From positions 9,114,001 to 9,178,000 of the forward strand of contig CAIIXF020000001.1 in the NCBI GenBank assembly GCA_903813345.2: a stretch of 64,000 nucleotides of DNA, read 5' to 3'. This DNA comes from Owenia fusiformis (lineage: Eukaryota). Positions 51,401 to 64,000 of the stretch are shown piece after piece (the stretch's first letter is position 1; every line of letters starts with the position of its first letter). A model generated the notes under the pieces. It ran no database searches. It had not been told where the DNA came from and saw nothing but the letters and a program-made list of their open reading frames with translations. The position numbers and the translations under genes are program-made.

Positions 51401-54400
51401 TTTCATATGTATACATTTTTAACATTAAAAATAAAGCAAGCAGTCATGAAAGGTATTGAAAATCAAACAAATATGTATGAACAAATGTTCCAAAGACATA
51501 CTAGTATAGAAAATGTTGTGCAGTCAATCAAATTGATTAAGAAAAGAATACCTCATCATGTAAAAGCAGAGGTTTAGCCTCAGTGGGTAGCTTATGTTGA
51601 CTCTCCTCCATTAAGGTCCTCATGGGCTTCACAAGCTTGGCAGGTTGGGGGCTGACAATAGCCTTGGGAGAACCTGCAATCAGAACACACCATTAAACAT
51701 TGTCTGTACACCCTCATTGGAACATGTGTGTGTAACAAAATATACAGGCTTTCAGGTGTATGTGGCATTGGGAATTTCTTAAGTTGCATTGTTCAGTTAA
51801 CAAATCATAACTGATACCAGTTGTAAGTTAAATACATGTGAAGTTGAGTATCACATTTATTGTTGTCAAGCTGGGATTTTATGAGTAAAACATTAATAAT
51901 TGAATAGATGTATAAATCAGCAGAGAGACATTGATGGTTTAAAGATACAAGTACAGCATACATGTGAAGATGTGACAATGACCCCAATTGACAGCACTGG
52001 TCTAATATCACACTCATAAGACATATCACACCTATTATACATTATCACACCAATAAACTAGTACAGTACAGTATGTGTGTACCAAATAGAAGAAAGTAGA
52101 GAAAGAAAAACAAAGTATAAATGGAGTACGAAAATACAGATTTTAAATTTAAATAATGAAGACAATATTGTTTAGAAAAGATGAAAGAAAATTGTAAATT
52201 CAGATATTACATCTATTTATTTACAAAGAATGAAAGTTATATTGAAAAGAAGCGTTAAACAAAGTAAAATTACGAAAAAGTTGAGAAAATGATATCCTGT
52301 AACCTAGAGGATAGAGGAATAGAGAAATGGAGTTGAAAGTTAGCTACAAATTTACAGAAATACGTTCCAGTTCCCCATTGTAGCTAGTCTAACATCAATA
52401 GCAAATCTGTCTAATACATTAGTTTTACATCGACATTATACATAAAGAGCCATATACCTGCTTATTGTACATGTATGTGAAACACACAACACAGAACTTC
52501 TTGGGATTTTTTCAAGAGTTTGTGAATGAACACAAAAGTTTCAGATTCATGCCCTATGGTAGGTTTTCAGTAGAAGTGAATGAGCATTCTACCATGAATA
52601 GAACCAAATATGGGCAAAAGGAAGAGCGATTTACAAAAGTGAAAAATCTAACCAGTGCTTGCGACTTATCATCAAATAGCTTAACGTGGAAACCAAAACC
52701 CACAATAACTCCAAAATACATGTTAAGATATATGGGATACATATCCATAAGAGTGACAGTACATGTAGATAATACATGGGCACGTAGTAGGTAAAGACAG
52801 AATAATTACTTCTAATTAAAAATGCAAATATTTTCCCGATTCCCAGAAATATTCCTTAGAATATACATCCGAAAACATCAACATTTACACCACTGTGTCC
52901 ACACCAAACAGTACCTGTGACCACCAACATGTAACAGACTGAAATGCCAAAGTCAAATATTTTCAAATCAGGGCTCAATCTTCCATGAGGCTAATTCCAT
53001 TGGAAATAAATTGTGATAAAATGCCGCCATGCTTTATCACTACTTGAAACAGAAGTGGTGAGCCTAACTCTCTGTGATACTTAATCACAACTTGTTCCAT
53101 GCATGGGTACCTACAAATATCAAATGTGACTTACTGAAACAAACATCGTGGCTTCTGAAACATCACAAACAATGGGTTCCATTTTATGTGCAGGCCAAAA
53201 GCTTAAATTGAAAAAATCATGCACTCCAATACATGCCAACATGCATCCATGCTAAGACCAAAGATGAATAAAAAGCTAGAGCTAACAAAGAATCTAGCAC
53301 TAACGAAGACTAACAACCACTAATGCTAACATACTTTTAGAAGTGCTGGTACTAGATCTCAGGTTCAGGAAATTGGGCCGAGCTGAAATTTAAGTATTTT
53401 TGTTCAAAATTAACTATTTTATTTCAAAGTAAGTATTTTAGTCCAATTAGGAAACCCAAAATTAATGCATCTAAATTGCTATACAGTCTTAAGAAGAATA
53501 GGTGATAAGCCCAACTGGTTAAAGCTCTGAACAGGTTTTAGTATATCCTTTCACCTTAATTCTAGCACTCTTGAGACTGTATGTACAGTGTTAAGTCGCT
53601 TTTGTTGGATGTATATCAAATAGTGCAGGTAAAATTGCATACACTACTTAATGAAGAAATATATGACTGTTATTATAATAGATATAGAGTGGATGGTAGT
53701 GAAAGAAGTTCTTGTATTGAAATGTGCAAGTGACAGGATCTTAAGTCAGCCATCAACTGGCAAGCAAAGGATATGTGATGCAAAATACATTGACAAATAT
53801 ATATAGTTTCCTGTAACAGTTCCAAATCCACCCATGCTGATGACAGAATATATAAAGCTTGTTAAATACACCCATAGCTTTAATTATTAAAAGAAGAATT
53901 ACAGAATTAAGCAGCTCTCATGGCGATCATCGCAAACCAAGTAAATCAGTTTGCTCAAAATAATGGTGAAGCTATGCACGAATGACTGAGCAATGTTTTT
54001 GAAGGCAAAACTTGAAATTGTCAAGATTTTTGATATCAACAAGGGAGACTGAGAACATGCAATGATATAGGGGATATATTTTAGTCACTAAGAGACAGTT
54101 ACTGTGTCATCAGGCTGTTAATGATAACAAGATGCAGTAACATACCCATTTCCCATAATTCCTCACAAAGGGGTAACTCATGACTTAATATGATTGGTTG
54201 AAAACCGAAAGGGCAAGACCTCCTCTATCAAAGCAGCATCATAATTTTTGACAGTTATCCAAGATGGCCTACCTAGTCCAAAGTTGCTATTCTTGTTGAA
54301 GTTTGGTTCCTTGGAGTCACTCATGCGCCTGAATGCATTGAACGGGTCGGCCAGGTGACGAGGGAGGGATGCGTAGCCATCCATGTCAGACATCGACAGA

Positions 54401-57400
54401 TTTGAGACACTGTCACTTTGGTGCATCTAATCAAGAAATATTCAAAAATTCATTAGGATAATGTTTTATTATATGTACATGTATTGTTCACAGTGAGGTA
54501 AGATATAAATTGTAAAAATTGCATTAACATGCATTGTTAAAAAGGCATTAACATGCAAAATGTCACCACCTACCATTTATTACAGATGGTGTAAGAACGT
54601 GTCACAGGCAAGAACACCAATCGCTGTCCACAAAAAAGTTGGGACACTATAACAATATCTTCTCACTTCTAGTGGTGACATAATAATTATAATATATTTG
54701 ATTCTTTCAAGATGGCAAAATAATTCTTTTTCATCAGAACTTACAATATATATATACCGCAGACAAAACCTGCATTACATTGTACCTTAAACCTATATGT
54801 TAAAAGTCTTACCAAATCATCTGTTCTATTACTAGGAGAGTCCAATCTCATCGCCTGCAATTAAACATTTGGTGACTCATGAATGAGTAAAACATATTAT
54901 AGATGTAATTGTAGCATTTACGCATACGCAGCAGTTTACTGAAACATTTTTTTCAAATTCCAGTCAAAACTGAAATCCTATATTTATCAAATTTTCACAT
55001 TTTACAACGGAACATAACAAAGTGTTAGATTTTAGAATGACTACTTGTGTAAGATCATCTACTCTTAAGCAGCTTAAAGAGCATCTTTATCTTTGATGAT
55101 CTTTCACAAGAACATTTCTTATACAAAAGGTTTTTCTCATGTGACCTTATGAAACCATATTTTATGCACTTCAACATAGTATTTAGGCATATTTTATGAC
55201 ATGTTGCGAATGATTTTGTAAGTTCCTAATTGATTTATGACAAAGATATCATTGAATTGGTCATATTGACTTCAGTAAATAATAGATCTGCAGAATTATC
55301 TGAAGTTAAGAAACAAAACCAAGAAGTGTTTCAATTTTATATACATTGTTTATATTAATTGAGATAAATTAATTCAGATAAATCATAAAGAGGATTAACA
55401 TTTCATCTTTAACATGATTATAATTAAGTTATAAAAACTATACTATTTTTACTATAATATAATAATAGTGTTAATAATAGTAACACATATAAACAATTTA
55501 ATATCTTAAGAATTGTTCATTAAAGATGCAATCAGTCTGTATTCAAATATTTATTTATTTATTTTTATTTAGACATATGCTTTTAGAACAGCAGCACCCT
55601 AGCAGTCATTTTCAATCACAAAATACCATGCAAAACAAGAAACAAGAAATGATGAATTAAATAAATTGTTGTTATTAAATTAAACTTATTGCATCTTTAA
55701 TCTAAGTGATTATGTGACTCATTTTCTATTTGTTAGAAAGAATGAGAAAATGTTTTATTGAACTAGGAAAAGGGTTTGGTTCAGCTGTGAAATATTTACC
55801 ATGTAGAGTTGAAAGAGATCCCACTGAGAATGACAAACAACATATTTTTACAAATTAAGTATCTGATAAAATTTTGCTCCATCCATATTTCAAAACAAAA
55901 CTACATCCATCCATAGCTACATAATATAACAAAAATTGAACTCAAAAAAAATTAGAACATACAAAATTTTGATGCCAATACAATAATAAAGAATTGGAAT
56001 GAGATGTCAGAAAGTATCTTTATGCCAATTAATATTCACTTTATGGAAGTGTTGGAGCAAGAATATTTTTAGTTAAAGTTTGTGGCACATCAGTGATTTG
56101 TGATGCTAACAGATTTTGGTATGATGCATTAACAAATTGAATGTTTGGGATGTTAACATTTTCAAAGTTGGAAATTTTGACCTGTTGAGCAATTGGAATT
56201 TGACATTTACCTGTTGAAAGTTTGGAACGCTGGTAGCACGTCTGATTGGTTTACCAGATGATGCAAGGAATTCTTTAATGGCAACCTCCTGAAAAACATT
56301 AACAAATAAATGATGCATTATCTTTTTTTACTTTTAGTTTAGTTTTACTTTGTTGTGTTCATGTTTTATTTATTTATCGTACCAGAAGTGCACTTGACGA
56401 AAAGAGCATGCACTAATAAAATTCCTGTGAACGATGTCTTAACAGCAACTTTTAAGGCTAATGACCCACTCCCTAACTGTGCAAATACAGTTCCAATATT
56501 GATCTTTTGAAATGCTCCCTAATGCAAGTGGAAATACTCCAATCTACATTAAATCTACATAAAAAACAATTACAGGGCTATATCTGAAACATTCTAAAAA
56601 CAGTCTACCAAACAACGTAAGGTTTATTCAAGGATATTTTAAATGGTAAACATGTTAATATATTTCGATTGTACCTGTTGTGTCTTATATTGTTTTATCA
56701 ATACAGAGAGACTGTATGGTATATATCTATCACTTCAAACATACATTTACATCTATTTGCCAGAATAGAGAATATGTACCTAAAACATGCTTAGATTTTT
56801 TGCGAAAGTACATACAAGCAAAACATAAAACATTTTAGAGGATGTTTTCTATGAGACTCAATATGATGCGCAATGAAGTTCTTTCCAGGTCAGTGTAACT
56901 GTAAACATCATGTGCAATTAAGTGTTATATTATTGCGAGCAAACAGGTTTACCAGATGTATTAAAACAGCCATGAGTCTACATATCAAGAGTAAAGTTAG
57001 TCTACTGGGAGGAATTGCATTTTCTGTGGCAGCCTACATTTTGCTACACTATACAGGGATATGGATTTATATAATAGCAGTCCCCTTAGGTGAGTTTTCT
57101 ATTCTGCTTGCACTAGGATTTATATTAGTATATTATTACTGCTACCATTTTGTTACTGTAAGTTTAAAAAGATGAAAAGTTTGAAACATGTACTGTATAT
57201 CAGTATTACGACAACTCTCTCTTTATATGGTCATTTCTTCTGACATCATTGTTGACCCATAATTGACCAAGGTTGAAAAGTACATAATATTATAAAGCAC
57301 ATCACTCTATGGTAGTGGTAAAGACAAACCACAACGACTAAAGTTGACTTTCCGACCAGCTTAGCAGTAATAAAGCGAAGCTGAGTGCATACACATAGCC

Positions 57401-60400
57401 ATTTCTCTTCATTAATTACATATTGATTAGTTGAGAACTAAACTCAGGGTAATAAATATTTATTGTCCAAAAGGATGCATGGATGCTGAATATATTCTCA
57501 ACAAACTAAAGAATGAAGGGTGGATGACTATATGTATGATCATATGACTAGAGATTGTTCAACCTCTTCTAATTTTGCAGGAATATGTGGTATTATGTGC
57601 TTGGATATCCTTCGCTTGGAAGTTTCAAAGAGTCATACACTGGGTTCACTTCTTTCCTTGTATATCATACAGGGAATCATCGCAACACTAAGCCGATGGT
57701 GCTACTCATCCTTCATCAACACTGACCCTAGGAAGGCCCAAGATAAGCTACTAATGAAGCTGATTAGAGCCAACCAGAATACAAAGTATGGAATTGACCA
57801 CAACTTCTCAGCAATCAAAACACCAGAAGATTTTATTGCTAATCATCCAGTTACCAGCTATGACCATTATGAACCATACTTCAACAGAGTGATTGAAGGC
57901 GAGGATAATGTGATAGTGGCCAATTCTAAAACTGACTACATCATTCTTACATCTGGAACAACTGGGAACAACAAGAAGTATCCAGTCTCATACTCTGGTG
58001 CCCATAAAATTGGACTAAATGAGATGTTCAAGACAGTGGCAGCAGTAATTCACACATCCTATAAAACATATTCTGCTCTGTATACATTTAAGCTGTTGAA
58101 GTCATTGGATATTTATATCATTCAGGACCCTATACTGACAGAAAGGGGAATTCCAATGGGGGGAATAATGGGAAGATTGAAGAAATTTCCCCCTGGTTCG
58201 GCAGCACCTAGTGTTATACTGAACGTATCCACCCAAAATGAGGCTTTGTATTTGTATGCCTTATATGGTCTGAAAGAAGAAAAGCTTAGACTTCTTCATC
58301 CACATTTAGCTACAGTTGGTTTGAAATTCTTTGAAACGATTGAATCCAACTGGCAGCAACTGTGTGATGACATTGAAACAGGTACAATTTGGAAAAACTT
58401 GGCCATTTCCTCCAATATACGTCAAGAATTAGAAAAACATCTGAATGCAGACAAAACCAGGGCACGTGAGCTTAGGAGAGTTCACAAAAGGAATGAAAGG
58501 TATTGCCACAAGAATATGGAAAGAGCTACCATTTGTTTCAATGGTATCGACAGGATCATTTAAGATACACGCTGAAATTGTTAAAGAGAGATACCTTACA
58601 GAAATAGTTCCTGTGGTTACTACTATACATGGAGCCTCAGAAGGAATATTTGCTGCTACTATTGAACCAGGAACAAAAGGCAAGCAACTGGCCTTAAACT
58701 CTGCAATGTTTTATGAGTTCATACCAGTGGATGAAGAAAGCGCTGACCCCATAAGAGTACACCAGGTATGTTGAATTATCTACCTGCTCACACAGCAGCA
58801 CGAAATTATGAATAATGAAAATCACAGATATAAAGGCAAAATATCCCAATAATATAAATATGTCAACTCAAGCAACACATGAGCCAATAGGTATTCATAT
58901 GTTTGAAGATTGAGGTAGGCAAGTGCTATGAGATGTTGATCACCAACAGCTTTGGACTGTACAGATACAGGTTTGGAGATGTCATCAAGATTGTAGACTA
59001 CAAGAACAAAGTGCCACTTTATGATTTTCAATACAGGTAATGAATTACAAATCAGTGATTATGCAGGGTTCTCACTAGGCTTTTAGACTCCGGATATTCT
59101 CTAGAGTCTAATGTCTTAAAACCCTCTTGCTCCAGAGTCTAATAGCTTTTCCAGAGTCTACAGTGTTTTTTCCGGAGTCTAATTTTACATTTTTGTCACA
59201 TTATTTGCGGTAAAACTCTTGAGAAAATACATAAAACTGGATACAAACAAGGAATAAGAAGTCAGAAACCTTTTAGAAATAAATATTAGGATTAAAGTAG
59301 CAAGATAATCTTAAGTATGTTGAAAAGTATACAAATAGGATATCTCTGACCTCACATGGGGGAGAAGTAGTCGCGATACCGCGAAAAAAAGTAGTCAACA
59401 ATACCGCTAAAAATCCAGGGTCTAAAAATTTCCTGGTGAGGACCCTGTTATGGTAGCTAATTATATGGCAGCAGAGGGTTTCTTGTTAACTGGAGACTGT
59501 GTCACGATAAATGAGAATGCATTTGAGGATGTATAGCCAATCACTTAACAGTGTGGGCTGTATCTCACTTGCTTTGCAATTGCAGACTAAAACATTTCAA
59601 TTAATTAGTTTTTAAAGAGTGTGTGAACTGTTAAAGGATTTTTGATGAGGGAGGGTTGAGCCATTCCACCCTAATTCCTATTCTCACCTGGTTGATATCC
59701 AAAATATGTTTTATTTAAGGACTGGGCAAATGTTGAATCTTCTTTGGGAGAAGACTCCTGAAGGAGCATTTATGGACTCTGTGATCAATACAGTAAAAGA
59801 GATCCAGGGACTGACATTAATAGACTACACAGCCACTGAGAATATTAACATGGCCAAGTTGAGAAGTAAGTGAAATAATACACACTATAAAACTAATATT
59901 AACATGATTATGCCTGTCTATGTCTAATTTAAGATGACCAATGAAAATGAAAAAATTTATGTCATTTCATACAAAGCATGAATAATGATTTGGAATTTGT
60001 TTCTTTATAGACAGAGTGACCACTGCACGACACTATATCCTCTTTCTAGAAGTCACGCAGAATGACGACAATGTCATCCTTTCTGATGAACAACTCAGCA
60101 AGGTAAATGGTGCTCATAACAAAAAATAAATGAAAATCCAATCATCATTTTGATGTGGATCTCAGAGTTTTTAACTTTTAGAAAATCCAAATAGATTTAA
60201 GAATGAGTGAAAACACCAACATTCTCTTATTCAAGCTACATCCTATTCATATTTTTATATGTGGTTTATTTGTAGTTTGACCATTCCCTCTGTGTGGAGT
60301 TTCCCTTTTACAAAGTAATGCGAGACGATGGCAAGATTCAAGAAATGGAAGTGCTCCAAGTGAAGGCTCAAACATTTGATAACTTGAAACAGCTAATGCT

Positions 60401-63323
60401 GAGGAATAACAAGAAGGCAACGTTCCATCAGTTTAAGATGCCTCGTGTACAGAGACAAAAGGAATATTTACAATTCCTTCTTAACAATTTATTATGAAAT
60501 TCGGCACCATCTAAGCCTTCTATAGGTTTCACTTAACCAGGAGTAATGCAAGTGAAAATACTCCAGTGTATATTCTATATGTCTGACTACACCAGTATAA
60601 CTCATGCTGTCAGTCTGATATTGCCATAATTGACAGCTGGTACATGTTTCGATATATATATGCTTTTCAGTAGGAGTATATTTTCTCTATAATCGACATA
60701 AAAACAAACAACTAAAAATGTATAAAATTTCGGCAAAAATGATTTAACATACATCATACATGTACAGTATATATCATTTACAGAAATCTTTAATTATAAA
60801 ACAATTAGTGTTAGTTTAGTTAGAAATATTTAGTTATTACTATCTGTAATAATAATAAGAAGAGATGTCACGGAACAAACAAAAAATCGGTTCAGTTCGT
60901 AACATTTTGCTTCGGAATGGAACAATTTCGGAACGGTTCGGAACAGAGGGACTGCGTATATAAAATTAAAATAAGTTGATCATCTAGGTCTATTTGGTAG
61001 CGAAAAGCTCTTCAAAATTCTTCAATGAGAAGAAGTGAGAAGAATGAACCTCTTTTGGTGCAAAATATTGAAAGAAAAATGCTGTTTTGTGGCGATTCAA
61101 GGGCCAAAAGTTGTGAAAGGGTAAAATTTTCTTGTTCCAGAACCGAACCGAAATTCTCAATTTGTGTTTCATGTTTCGTTCCGAGGGCATACTTCCGCGG
61201 ATCGGAACAAAATCAGGTATCCGTGACACCTCTAATAATAAGTGCATCCCATTTAAGATTGACCCTATATCCCACAGGATTCTATTAATAACATAAATTC
61301 TTGCTAAACAATATTAGATATCAGGCTTCAAAACTGTCTAATAAAGCATCTATGGAGAGAGACAACACCATCAGCTTGTTTATTACATAAGACAGGATGA
61401 TAAAAGGCGACAGTTTTGTCCAAGGCGTCACAGGAGAACTGAGAAGAATGTGTTTTCTTAGAATTCACATCGAAAGTCCATGTTACATCTTCAAAGTAAT
61501 CTTCTTTATCAATGTGATTTCTTCTCTAAAATCACCCCCCTCACAACCTCATATGTGGTGTAAAACATGAACAGAATCTAATGACCATGTCTTTCAGCCA
61601 TATCTACTGCAGAACCTCTTTACAAACATTGTCAATGTAACATGTTCAAACAGCTCATGCTTGCCTTGAATCATGAACACTCTTAGCTTTGAATATCCAA
61701 ATTAACATTGTTTCTGAATTCCAGAAGTTCTGCATATATCATACATATGAGGTGAAGTGGTGGAGAGTATTATCTGACCAGTAGATTGTGAAGTCACCCA
61801 TTGCAAGAGGACTCCACTTGGATCAAACAGTACAAAAAAGGCTTAGTTAAGAAATCGCTATAAGCTAGAATACAGTACTGTTGAAAATGTTAGAGTAAGC
61901 TCAATGCAGCTAATGATGCTAGATGCTAATAATGATAGTAAAGATGCTAATAATGATAGTGCAAATACTAATAATGATACAAAAGCTAATAATGATAGTA
62001 GAGATGCTAATAAACAGAGTACAGAAACTAATAATGATAAAATAGATGCTAGTAATGATAGTATAGATACTAATGGTGCTACTCATGCTGCTACAGAAGC
62101 TGAGTATATATCTTACCGTTTTCTTTCTAGACTGACCCGTTGCAGCCATATTCTCTTTTATTGCTACCTCCTAATATAGCAAAATGCAAATTAACTTTAG
62201 AATATTGCATCACACAAGAGAAAAACATTAAATTGTTGAAAATAAGATTAATGAAAAAACTTTTAAACTATAACTGTGTCTTAGGCAAAGTGTAAACTAG
62301 AAGTGAAGTGAACTTTATTCCATAGTTATTGTGATATTCATAGGACGTCATCTCAAAATAAAAATGGTATTTCATAATGAGTAGAAAAAATCATACTTTA
62401 GCTTTCAATTAACCATCGAATACGTCTTTAGAACCATGAGAAAAATTTGATTTGAACCACTTAAACTATGGAGTAAAAAGAACAACCTATGATTTATATA
62501 TTACTCAGAATATGATTTTCATCCACTCATTTGGATTGATACCTGCAGGAGCCAGCATATCTATACATGGATAAAAATCATATCATGAGTAAATCATAGG
62601 ATATCCCCTAAAGAACTACATATGATATGATTACTGAATTAATAAAACAAATATCAAGCATTCGCATTTTATAATGTATGTATAAGAACTAACAGACACA
62701 CACTTCGCAAACAAGCCCAACAAACTGTAGTGAATGGGCTTTCACTTCTAAATGCTGACAAACACGAAAAAAAGATCAAAAGAAATCAAAAGCATATATT
62801 GTAATTTGTTAAACACAACTAAATGCACCAAAAAAAAATTACAAACTTGCCAAGCAATTCCAACTAATGACCTGAATGGCATTTTCTTTATTTGAAAAAA
62901 TATTAATTCAAACATAACAAGCAAGACACTATACTTTGCAGTTTTCAAGATATTTTGTCTTATAACAAATTAGTTATAATATCTCATCAAGCCTAGTACT
63001 TCTAATGCTAGTTCTAATATCTATTTCATATTAAAATTCCAGATATTTGTTATATGGCAAAATATCTGAAATGACCAATGAAGGCAATTAGAACTCTTCA
63101 CATAGACACCTACCTGACGTAATCTATCCAGCGTCAAGATACTCTCTACAGCAGAGACACCTTTGATATATTTCTCTATGTAAGTCTCTCCATCTGTAGT
63201 ATCTTCCTCGTCATCATTGGAGGCTGCCATTTGAGCAAGAGACTCGCGATCTTCCAGGTCTTCAGAGGCTTTAGGGATGTTCGACACAACCTCGTACATT
63301 ACACCTGTAGCTTGTACCATCTC
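48494..63323 (-). CDS. KIF13: Kinesin-3 KIF13/Khc-73 family, 3' portion with CAP-Gly domain (5' part lies outside the window)
   Basis: Exons: 63114-63323, 62117-62170 and/or 56211-56288, 54813-54854, 54273-54426, 53335-53382, 51552-51673, 49644-51219, 49176-49388, 48494-48777. KIF13 stalk peptide YIEKYIKGVSAVESILTLDRLRQ, MTSSGYGSQAVS, and CAP-Gly [32 protein letters not shown]. The small middle exons are less certain. Confidence 0.9.
56972..60497 (+). CDS. GHDC: GH3-domain (GHDC-like acyl-acid amido synthetase fold) gene nested antisense in a KIF13 intron, with a frameshift near 58480
   Basis: Exons: 56972-57089, 57581-58765, 58909-59036, 59720-59865, 60011-60102, 60276-60497. N-terminal hydrophobic segments; GH3 motifs LTSGTTG, HGASEG, GLYRYRFGDV and C-terminal QFKMPR. 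The frame switches at aggagagttc. Confidence 0.85.
59064..59447. mobile_element. hAT-like MITE in a GH3-gene intron
   Basis: TIRs CAGGGTTCTCACTAGG / CCTGGTGAGGACCCTG; flanking direct repeat TTATG (5 bp); internal CCAGAGTCTA repeats. Confidence 0.72.
60860..61234. mobile_element. hAT-like MITE with an 8-bp TSD
   Basis: TSD ATAATAAG at 60852-60859 and 61235-61242; TIRs AGAGATGTCACGG / CCGTGACACCTCT; many CGGAAC subterminal repeats. Confidence 0.8.
61910..62080. repeat. Degenerate 21-bp minisatellite
   Basis: GATGCTAATAATGATAGTAAA-like units. Confidence 0.8.
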
Positions 63324-64000
63324 CTGTAAAGTGAAGAAACTTTCTTGAGCTGGAAAATTTCTAAAATATTCAAACAGATTGCCATTTCTGAAAAATGCTG
63401 GGGTGCATATCTGAAACTGGTCCCTGAAATCATTTGAACTTCTATATATTCTCATTTTGCAAAATAAAAGTACTGTATGATGAAGAGTCAAAGGATAAAA
63501 GTAAAAGATTAATACATGAACCTCTCCAAAAGAAACATTTAAACATTTTAAGAAAACATTGCAATCGGTATCTGAACTGGGTTATATGAAAAGATACAGT
63601 CATGGATTTATGCTGAATGTTATTTAGAAAGTAAACATTAAACACTTAGAAACAATGTTGTCATGTTATCTGTGAGATTTAGTATTTTAAAACAAAAGAA
63701 CTATTGTTACACTTCCTATATCATCATACTGCTCAAGCTATTGTGAGCTGCTCATATGTTAAAGTGGTTAATTATATATGATGGCTTAGCTCTATGGCAG
63801 AACTCTATGAAAGAGCTCTAAGGCAGTCATATTCTGGAAGCAAGTGTTTAGTCTAGAGAACTGTGTCTATGACTTTTTTATTTTTATAATTATCCCCTCC
63901 ACACCAGACTAAAAAGGGTGGCTGTGAGTGGGGCACTTTATTTGTGACATCATTAGTTAGCATCAGTAGATATTGCATTGGGCAGTGTAACAGCAGTTTC

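Noticed and set aside
61904-62179. 91-aa N/D-rich ORF and its antisense I/S-rich ORF
   Set aside because: Translation of a 21-bp minisatellite; only 62117-62170 on the minus strand looks like a real exon.

Overview
AT-rich animal genomic DNA with GT-AG introns, most consistent with a marine invertebrate (the taxon cannot be fixed from sequence alone). There are four main spliced genes: a complete mGluR-family class C GPCR (+, 760-11618), a complete atypical PKC (-, 15354-29354), a complete F-actin capping protein beta gene (+, 30027-43112, head-to-head with aPKC), and the 3' part of a KIF13/Khc-73 kinesin-3 with a CAP-Gly domain (-, 48494 to beyond 63323). Two antisense genes are nested in introns: a fucosyltransferase-superfamily gene inside CAPZB and a frameshifted GH3-domain gene inside KIF13. 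The introns hold many non-autonomous DNA transposons, including a 4.9-kb foldback element with 737-bp arms and nested insertions, and a 2.2-kb 23-bp minisatellite. The most unusual feature is a tandem pair of intronless ~104-codon non-histone ORFs inside an aPKC intron. Each has a CCAAT/TATA/Inr promoter and ends in a perfect replication-dependent histone stem-loop plus a purine-rich downstream element, so they look like non-histone genes built to use the SLBP/U7 histone mRNA pathway. All exon boundaries and counts were read by eye and may be off by a few bases.
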